This document shows positions 55,949 through 64,000 of a stretch of DNA of 64,000 bases, piece by piece. The stretch is taken from NCBI GenBank assembly GCA_963823665.1, contig CAWGMQ010000010.1:800001-864000 (forward strand). Direction: 5' to 3'. The stretch comes from an uncultured Planctomycetota bacterium. GTDB lineage: Bacteria; Planctomycetota; Planctomycetia; Isosphaerales; Isosphaeraceae. The position numbers and the translations under genes are program-made. Below the pieces are notes generated by a model. It made no database searches and had not been told where the DNA came from. It worked only from the letters and a program-made list of their open reading frames with translations. Every line of letters starts with the position of its first letter. Within the stretch, counting starts at the first letter, position 1.

Positions 55949-56671
55949 TTACTCGAAATCCGACGCGTTCAACTGAGATTCTTTTATTCCTGCACGAGTT
56001 GCCATGTCTTTCAAGATTTCGTTCTTTGTCGTGCTGCCGAAACCCACCGACAGCCCTTTGAGCGTCTTGCTCTTCAGCAGGCCGGCGTAGTGCGTGGGAT
56101 CCATTTTGACTGCGGAGTGATTGACCAATTCCTCGAGTGCCGGGGCTTGCTCGAGCGGACGAATGTCAGTGAGCCCCTTCATGTCTTCGAGACAGACTCG
56201 CCGTAACGCTCGAAGCCGGGACAGATCCGGGAGAGCCTGGATGCGTGCCAATGATCGCAGGGCCAGAAATTCCAGCCCGGTCAACGTCGAAATCACGGAG
56301 ATGTCGGTCAGGCTCCGCACCTGGCAGAGACCGAGTCGCTGGATTCGAACCATTCCTGCCAATGCAGGCAGGTTGTTGGTTCCTCCGAGCATGAAGTCCA
56401 ATGACGAAAGATGGCTCAGCTCCGTGATGAAGTCGACGCCTTTGACGCTGATGCCGCGCAGCATCTAGAAGCCGGAGATGCGCAGCTCGACGTCGTGGCG
56501 CAGCGAGAAAAGCGATTCGTCAAGCAGGCTCCAAGTTTCGGTGTCGACCCGCGATGACGTTTGAAGGATCTCGAGCGTCGGGTCGGAGGCGAGCGATTCG
56601 ACTTCTTCATCAGTGAGTGAATCGCTGAAATTCACACGGCCGCGTGACAGGTTGTTCTTTTCGATGGGCAT
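55949..56671 (-). pseudogene. Leucine-rich repeat protein split by an in-frame TAG (probable deletion junction)
   Basis: ORF 56465-56671 ends ELRISGF* directly before in-frame MLRGISVKG..L..L.L repeats. Confidence 0.65.
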
Positions 56672-57811
56672 GTGTGGGAGTCGCGATCAATTGGACTCGG
56701 CTTCTGAGAAGTTACAGGGGCTCGAAGCCCCTGGCGATTGACCTGCGCCCCGTTGAGGCGGCACATGGCCGGGCGTGGCCGACAGGAGCGTCGGCCCTAC
56801 GGCGCCTGCGGCCGGTTGGGGCGAGGAGCGGCGAGTGTGGCGACAGGCGTCTCGGCCGGGCAGCGTCCGCGCGCGCGCGCATACAGGAAGAATTTCTTTC
56901 CCTACCCGATCCGATCGTTGGAACCCGGAATCTTTCTGGAATTTTCCCGGTCGACCCCCGCCACGAATCCGCAAGGTCATCGCATATTGTAATTGTACAT
57001 GAGGGCGTCTCCCGCGTGGGTCGTTTTGCAACGGGCCGGAAGGGAACGTAGAGCGGTGCCCTCATGATGTCGCGCGTGTGCGGGCCTGGGAAAGGAAATG
57101 GAGCGGCCAAGGCGTTGGTACGCCCTGGTCCCGCGCAATTGACGCAAAGCCCTGACGCGGGCTGAGTTCCGCGATAGGAATGAGACTTTTCTTGGCGAAT
57201 TCGTCTCATTTCGTCTCATTTTTTGGGGAAAGCCGGTGGAGATGATGGCGGTCGGCGGACGTCGGTCCTTGGAGCATCTCGTCTCAGCCCGAGCGGACCG
57301 GTATTCTCAGTCGATAAGGACGAATTCCACATCCATTGCGCGGACGGATCGGGGCACTGCCGAGAGCGGGCAATTTACAGTAGTGGACGGATGCTTGAAG
57401 CCCCTCGGAATATTGCCACTTTTTGCCATTTTTCAACGGGTGCGGCGATTGCTCCGGGCAGATTCGCTGTTCTGTAAGTTCAATGCATATAGTTGAATAG
57501 GAGCACGGCGATGCGTTTTTCGGCGGCGGCACGAGCTCGTGGCATATGCCACGCAAAATTGCCACGGCGAATCGAAGGCGTTGTTCACTATATTTTCGGT
57601 CCCTTTTTTCACGGCACTGGGAGGCAGATTCGCGGCGCCTGGGGTGCGCGATCTTCGGTGGGCGCAAGCCCCCCCATTCGCCGCCTGCGGCGGCACCGTC
57701 CCACAAGTGGGGATGAATCCCTTCGCGGAACGAAGTGCGACAATGGGGCGGAAGGGACCGAGCGGGTTTGACGAAACCCGTGCTCGCTGAGGGAAAATGG
57801 GGGAGGCTGGC

Positions 57812-57945
57812 AAAAGTGCCGTCAGGCGTAAGCCTCATCAGCGAAAAGAGATGTGTCGATTGGCAATTTATGGCCAAAAGGTGCCGTCAGACGTAAGTCC
57901 AATCCCAATAAGGTGCTGACGGCATGACGGCACTTTCGGGGGGGC
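57812..57945. repeat. Composite direct/inverted repeat element (copy 1)
   Basis: GTGCCGTCAG-n-CGTAAG twice, then TAAGG and TGACGGCA-TGACGGCACTTT plus G-run. Confidence 0.7.
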
Positions 57946-59027
57946 GCATTCGGGTTGCACGCCCCGCGTGGTGGGCCGGGTCTCAGGCGACACGGGAACT
58001 GATGGCGGCGGGAAGTTCGGGTGCGCGGTCTTCGGCGCACGCGACGCCATCCGGCGCCTGCGGCGGCAGCGCCCCCCCACTCGAGGGAGGAATGCCCGTG
58101 GAGGGTTTCAATCCCTTAACCCTTATGGGGAAAGGACGCGCGTCGAAAATACAAAACGAACATCTGATGCGCGGTAGCGGAAGGGCGGAGGGGCTCAGCG
58201 CTGGGCGGAGGGTGGAGGAGGGGCCGCGGGAGGGGGACACGCGGATGTCGTCGCCGAGCGCGCCTCGGAGCGGCAAGTGGGACGTTCCGAGGCGGAGCAT
58301 CGAAACGAGGCCGGGGCTGCGGGGGACGATGCGAGAGGGTCACAGCTTCCGAGCGCCGGAGCGAGCGACAGGCTGATCACCACGGTATCGGTGCCGGCTC
58401 GGCAGTTTCCGGGCAGCTTGCGAAGCAGGTTTGGTGGACCCACACGCCGATGCCGACGCGAAGGCCGCTCGACCAGGTTGGGTGGAGACTCGCCGGGAGT
58501 CGATCGCCGGCAGACGTTGTCTTGCCGCAGATCGGGCAAAGATCCGACTCGCGCCACGTTCGATTGAAATACTGAGGAGGGTCTTCGGAGATCGTGAATG
58601 CGACGGGATCTCCGTAGACGCTCAGGGAAGAATCGAGAATGGCGATTCTGGGCGGCGACGAGAGGCGGCGGTGCGGCATCGCTTTCCAGGCGCGATCCCA
58701 TTCAGTGCGGTCGTCGGGGTTGAGCGAGTCTCTCGTGTGGATTGGGCATGATTCGCGTTCGCCGCGTGCGTTCTTGGGAATTCGGGACCGGCAAGCAGCG
58801 CGGACGGCACACGGAGTGTGCCTGCTACAGCGGAGCAGTCGCCGAACCAGTGGCACATAGACTGTTTTAGCAGATAACCGATTTCGGATGCGATTCTGGC
58901 ATGCGGGAATTCTGGATTGGGGCGGCATCCTGAGGGACGCGTAGACGCTCGTTCCTCCTTCGTCGACAATTGGCGCGAGAGATTCATTGAGGGCGAATTT
59001 GGGCGGCATGGCCGCGGTACACGGGAT

Positions 59028-60011
59028 ATGACCACGATCGTCACAGGCAGCGCCGGCCACCTTGGTGAGGCCCTGATGCGCACTTTTCGCGCGGCGGGAG
59101 GCACTGTTCGTGGAATCGATTTGCTGGCCTCGCCATTCACGGATGCTGTCGGGTCGATCTGCGATCGAAGCTTCGTCAAAAGCGCGATTCGGGGAGCGGA
59201 AGTTATCGTGCATGCGGCCACGTTGCACAAGCCGCACATCGTCACGCATACCGCTCAGGAGTTTGTTGATACGAACATCACGGGGACGCTCAATTTGCTC
59301 GAGGAGGCTGTCTCTGCCGGAGTGCGAGTTTTTGTGTTCACCAGTACGACCAGCGCCTTCGGCTCAGCACTCGAGCCCGCCGCCGGTCAGCCGGCGGCGT
59401 GGGTGACCGAGGATGTTGTTCCGATCCCCAAGAACATTTACGGTGTGACCAAGATCGCAGCCGAGAACCTGTGTGAGATGTTCTACCGAAAGTACGGACT
59501 TTCCTCGATCGTGCTGCGGACGTCGCGGTTCTTTCCGGAAGCGGATGACAACTCTGCGATCAGGGAACACTACGCGCAAGATAACGTCCAGGCCAACGAG
59601 ATGCTCTATCGGCGGGTCGACATCGAGGATGTGGTCAGTGCGCATGTTCTGGCGATCGAAAAGGCCGCGGTGATCGGCTTCGGGCGCTATATCATCTCGG
59701 CGACCACGCCGTTTGGGATGAACGATCTGGTCGAACTTCGGGGGGAAGCAGGGGATGTCGTGCGGCGAATATTCCCGGACTGCGAGGCGGCGTATTCGGC
59801 GCGGCGATGGAAGCTGTTTCCGAGTATCGACCGGGTCTACGTCAATCAACTGGCGAGGACGGAGCTTGGATGGCAGCCGAAGTATGACTTTCAGCACGTG
59901 CTAGGGTGTGCGGCATCGCGTGAGGATTTTCGGAGTCCGCTGGCACGCCTGGTGGGCAGCAAGGGGTATCACGCGACCGTGTTTGCAGAAGGCCCGTATC
60001 CGGTGGGGTAG
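59028..60011 (+). CDS. NAD-dependent epimerase/dehydratase (extended SDR)
   Basis: VTGSAGHLG, HAATLHKPH, FTSTTS, YGVTK (YxxxK), LRTSRFFPE. Confidence 0.92.
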   Translation: MTTIVTGSAGHLGEALMRTFRAAGGTVRGIDLLASPFTDAVGSICDRSFVKSAIRGAEVIVHAATLHKPHIVTHTAQEFVDTNITGTLNLLEEAVSAGVRVFVFTSTTSAFGSALEPAAGQPAAWVTEDVVPIPKNIYGVTKIAAENLCEMFYRKYGLSSIVLRTSRFFPEADDNSAIREHYAQDNVQANEMLYRRVDIEDVVSAHVLAIEKAAVIGFGRYIISATTPFGMNDLVELRGEAGDVVRRIFPDCEAAYSARRWKLFPSIDRVYVNQLARTELGWQPKYDFQHVLGCAASREDFRSPLARLVGSKGYHATVFAEGPYPVG

Positions 60012-60426
60012 GGTTGGAGGGACGGAGCTGGATGCTGCGGTTGTTCGGGTTGTGATCGCGCTTGAGCTGGCATTTGAGCGTTGATCTGCGGTCGGCTCCT
60101 CGCGGGATGACGCAGATGACGCAGATGACGCAGGTCAGCATCTCTTATGCGCGTGTGCGAGGGGCAGGCCGACGCGGTGGCGGCGCTCCACTGAGACAGT
60201 CGTGCGCGAAAATGTCCGCGGTGATCGACCGTCCGGGGGTTCTGCGCATCGAGGATGAACTCGGTCCACTAGATACGCGAGCCGCCCATGGGGCTGGACC
60301 GGACGGGGCTCGGCTGGGAGAATGATCGATCGATGGCGACAAGGCTCACAGAGCCTGTTCCGTGGACGTCTCGAATCAGGGATTTGGTGATCTTGATCGC
60401 CGGCGCAAGCGGCGGGAGATGATCTG

Positions 60427-61575
60427 ATGGCGATCCGTGAAGGGTGGGTGCTCTCGTTGGTCGCGGGGATTTTCGCGTTTGTGGCCGGATCACCGGTACG
60501 CGGAGGTGAGGACGCCAAAGCGGAATGGGATAAATCGGCAGCTCAACAATACCTGGACAGCCGGGGCGCGGAATGGTTCAAGTTTGATTCGGCGCGGCGC
60601 GGCGAGGGGGCTTCGGCGACCTCGTGCGTGAGCTGTCACAGCCTGCTCTCCTTTGCACTGGCGAGACCGGTGCTCCGCCGCGTCTCTGACGAAAAGGTGC
60701 CCACTGAGCTTGAAACAAAGATGCTCGCGCAGGTGAAGGCCCGGGTTGCGAACTGGGACTCGCTGGAAAAGAGTCCATTTCAGCTCATGTACGACTTCGA
60801 CGAGCCGAAGAAGAAGCAGTCGCGCGGAACCGAGGCGGTGGTGAACGCGCTAGTGCTTTCGCTCGACGACCGGTTTCGTGAGTTGAAGGAACCAAGTGCC
60901 GACGCCAAGCGCGCGCTCTCGATTCTGTGGAAGACCCAGGTAACGGACGGTGAGTTTCCCGGATCGTGGGAGTGGCTCAGCTTTGGTATGGAGCCATGGG
61001 AGGGTGAAGGAGGGCGATTTTTCGGTGCGGCGATGGCGGCGATCGGAGTCGGGACAGCGCGGGAGAGCGGTTATGCGATGAACGACGCGGACGCTCGCGC
61101 GGGTCTCTCGTCCCTGCGGAAGTATCTGTTCAAGAACTATCGGACTCAGAATCTGCATAACCGCGTGTGGATGCTATGGGCGTCTGCGAAGGTGGACGGA
61201 TTGTTGACTCGCTCACAAACCGACGAGCTCAAGGCACAGATCTTCGCGAAGCAGCAGGCGGACGGCGGGTTCAGCCTGGGGTCACTCGGACAGTTTTCAC
61301 GCAAAGGCGTGAAGGACGAGAGCAAGACGTCGGACGGGTACGCCACGGGGCTGATACTGCACGTGCTGCAAGTTGCGGGCGTCACGAAAGAAGACGCGCG
61401 TGTTGAAAAGGGGCTGGCGTGGCTGCGGGCTAGTCAAGACAAATCGGGAGCGTGGCGGGCGGCATCGGTCAACAAGAACCGTGCGCCGGAGTCGAGCGAC
61501 GCGGGCAAGGCGAATATCGGCAAGTTCATGTGGGACGCGGCGACGGCGTATTCGGTGCTGGCGCTTGGGCATTGA
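60427..61575 (+). CDS. Secreted prenyltransferase/squalene-oxidase-repeat (alpha/alpha toroid) protein
   Basis: Signal peptide; CVSCH; QW-like repeats QQADGGF and WLRASQDKSGAW; SDGYATGL. Confidence 0.8.
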   Translation: MAIREGWVLSLVAGIFAFVAGSPVRGGEDAKAEWDKSAAQQYLDSRGAEWFKFDSARRGEGASATSCVSCHSLLSFALARPVLRRVSDEKVPTELETKMLAQVKARVANWDSLEKSPFQLMYDFDEPKKKQSRGTEAVVNALVLSLDDRFRELKEPSADAKRALSILWKTQVTDGEFPGSWEWLSFGMEPWEGEGGRFFGAAMAAIGVGTARESGYAMNDADARAGLSSLRKYLFKNYRTQNLHNRVWMLWASAKVDGLLTRSQTDELKAQIFAKQQADGGFSLGSLGQFSRKGVKDESKTSDGYATGLILHVLQVAGVTKEDARVEKGLAWLRASQDKSGAWRAASVNKNRAPESSDAGKANIGKFMWDAATAYSVLALGH

Positions 61576-61885
61576 GTTGGGGATGCGGTTGACGGCTTGA
61601 TTGTGGCGGGCGGTTGCCCGGAACAATTCAAAAAAAAACGAACCTGGGGCCCGCAGCGGCCGTCAGTCGTTTGGTGGCTCGAGGGCATGGGCCGGCATCT
61701 CGGCGTGGCGACTTGTTGCGCTCATCGATCGGAATTTGCGCTCGACGTTCGAGGCAGGTCTTGGTGTCGCATTTCGCTTTGCGCGAATGCACGCACTTTC
61801 GCGGAGTGAAAGGCGACTTTCTCAAGCTGGTTGACGCTCTCCGAAGGATGGTGCCCGCATCATGAGACCGCTCAAGCGGGCGCTA

Positions 61886-63341
61886 TCACGCCAGAATTGC
61901 CGAGATTGGCTGGCCCAAGCAGAGTGCCTGGGGGCGGTTGAGGGCGTCGATGAGCTGGATGGTGGGATCGACGCCGAGGCAATGGTAGATCGTCGCGGCG
62001 ATGTCGGCAGGACTGACCGGGTCGCGGGCGGGGTAGGCGGCCCAGCGGTCGGATGCGCCGTGGACTGTTCCGCCTTTGATGCCGGCGCCCGCCAGAACGG
62101 AACTGAAGCAGTGGGCCCAGTGGTCACGGCCGTCACGGCCGGCGCCGGCGCCGCCAACCACACTCTGACCCACTCGCGGGGTTCGGCCGAACTCGCCGGT
62201 CCAGACGACCAGGGTTTCGTCCAGGAGTCCGCGGGTGGAAAGGTCGTCGAGAAGCGCATCGAACGCCTGATCGGCGGGGGGCATGAGGCGGGTTTTGAGG
62301 TCGATGAAGTTGCGGTTATGCGTGTCCCAGTACACGCTCACGTTTGTCAGGCCTTCGTTGGGCCAGAACACGGTGACCAGTGGAACGCCGGCTTCGATCA
62401 GGCGCCGGGCCTGCAAGACGGACTGGCCGTGGGCATGCCAGCCGTAGCGGTCGCGGAGCCGCGGATCTTCAAGGTTCAGGTCGAATGCTTCAATCGCCTT
62501 GCGGCTGGCCAGAAGGTCATAGGCGCGGCGGTAGTGGTCGGAGAGCGCATGGATTTCGGCGGCGGCTTCGAGCCCGCGGGCCTGACCATCCACCGATTGA
62601 AGAAGAAGGCGGCGGTCGCCGAGCCGGCCGAACGAGAGACCGTCGGGCAGGCGGAACTCGCCGACCTGGTATTGCGGTTTGCTCGGGTCTTGATCGATCG
62701 TGAACGGGGAAAGCGCCGGTCCCATCCAGCCGGCGCCCTGGCCGTGACTTTGCTCGACGAATCGCGGGGCCGCGTTGGGAATCTCGGGCCGCATCTGGAC
62801 GTACGAGGGCAGGGCGGTGCGCTCTTGCCCACGCCGGAGATGGCGCGAGCACGGCTCCATAATGGGGCCAATCTTCATTGAATTCACCCCCGCCAGGCCG
62901 CGGGATCGGGCGGCCGGTGAGCAGCTCGTGCGTGGCGGTGGTGTGGTTGACGTCGCCGTGATGCACGGAGCGAATGATCGCCAGGCGATCTAGCTGGCGG
63001 GCCAGAAGCGGAAAATGCTCGGAGATCGTGATGCCAGGAACGCATGTCGATATCGGCCGAAACTCGCCGCGGACCTCCGCGGGAGCCTCGGGCTTCATGT
63101 CCCAGGTTTCTTGCTGAGCCGGGCCGCCCCACATGAAGAGCAAGATGCACGACTTCGCCTTGCCGAAGGATGCTTGTGAGATGGGACGCGCCGCGGCTGC
63201 GACTCTGTTCTGGGTGATCTCGCGGGCTTCGAGAAATCTGGGAAGCGTGCAACCGAGCAGGCCCAGTGCGCCCGAGCGAATGACGTCGCGGCGAGAGAGG
63301 GACAAGGCGAGGCCCAGGTTGCGGCAACCTGTTTCTGGCAT
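61886..63341 (-). CDS. DUF1501 domain protein, Tat-exported (frameshift near 62845)
   Basis: SRRDVIR, AKSCILLFMWGGPAQQETWDMKP, ARRLIEAGV, WDTH, GEFGRTP, GRDHW. Confidence 0.9.
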
Positions 63342-63550
63342 GCGGCTCGATCTCGGAGGGTGGGTTCGCCGTGTTTGGCTTTCGCTACTTTAACAGGAAC
63401 TCGGCATTCTCGGGAGAGATGATCGCGGTGGTGGGCGAGACTGGCGCCGCCGGAATGCATCCGTCCTGACCGTCGATTCGACCCACGTGCAGAGTCGGGC
63501 ACGTATTCGGCTGGCCAGCAGCTTGATCGCGACCACGCATCAAGCATCAC

Positions 63551-63678
63551 AACGTCGTCATTCGTAAGTGATGACGGGCTCAAGAGTTACTTCGAAACGC
63601 TTTTCGTCCTCTAAAACGTCGTCATTCGTAAGTGCGTCTGGCGTAAGGAGATGACGACGATGACGACGTTTTGGGGGG
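63551..63678. repeat. Composite direct/inverted repeat element (copy 2)
   Basis: AACGTCGTCATTCGTAAGTG twice (63551 and 63615), then TAAGG and ATGACGACG-ATGACGACGTTTT plus G-run. Confidence 0.7.
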
Positions 63679-64000
63679 TGTGCGGGAGCTGTTCCCCCGA
63701 TTGGGACACGAACGTGAGCGCAAATGTACCGGGGCTCGGGAAGGCTCTGGCATTCGATCGGCCTGATGGGGCGATGGACCCCTTCTTGAGAGGGGAAGGC
63801 CTTGTGAAACGTACGCCGCGGGGAGTCAGCGCGCGTCAGATCGGAGGTTTTCAACAGTCCCGGCCGGGACTCACTCACGCGAATGGCTCAGTCTCTCGGC
63901 GATTCAAGAATCAAGAGAGCGTCCTCCCAGCCGGCGGGGGTTTCGAATGCTTGGGTACCACTGTTCGAGAGTTGCTCGATCGGCCGTCGATCGGCATTTC

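Noticed and set aside
2219..56467. Amber (TAG) recoding suggested by in-frame TAGs at 2219, 29712, 36871 and 56465
   Set aside because: TAG ends several apparently complete genes (5346, 17686, 26408, 47597, 60011), and an in-frame TAA also occurs; mutation or error is simpler
60630..60650. c-type cytochrome from the CVSCH motif
   Set aside because: A single CxxCH inside a prenyltransferase-repeat protein is not enough to call heme binding
5848..63341. Programmed frameshifting or mass pseudogenisation as the cause of the many frameshifts
   Set aside because: Single-base indels are scattered through otherwise well-conserved genes, several in homopolymers, as expected from long-read consensus error; needs read-level checking
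1..64000. tRNA, rRNA or intact transposase/integrase
   Set aside because: None recognised by eye; a tRNAscan/Infernal/ISEScan run would be needed to exclude them formally

Overview
GC-rich bacterial window that looks like a planctomycete (Isosphaeraceae/Gemmataceae-like). This is inferred from a LEPR-XLL surface protein, DUF1501/DUF1800, TIGR02999/TIGR02984-type ECF sigma factors and seven Hanks-type Ser/Thr kinases. Many genes are broken by single-base frameshifts, probably largely long-read indel errors. Several also carry in-frame stops or internal deletions that look like real decay. The most notable locus is a putative anti-phage island at about 35.7-43.2 kb. It holds a non-retron, non-group-II reverse transcriptase (WVDD active site, helical C-terminus, UG/Abi/DRT-like) preceded by a ~200-nt element closed by a perfect 13-bp inverted repeat. 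The RT is followed by a 48-aa ORF translationally coupled to a P-loop kinase fused to a Cas4/AddB-type PD-(D/E)XK nuclease. A divergent NT5C-type HAD nucleotidase and a convergent LRR-Roc-COR-TIR gene flank it. The rest is signalling (ECF/kinase pairs, BlaI/BlaR with three operators), hydrolases, a 67-bp REP tandem array and gene relics. All family assignments come from motif recognition; no database search was run.
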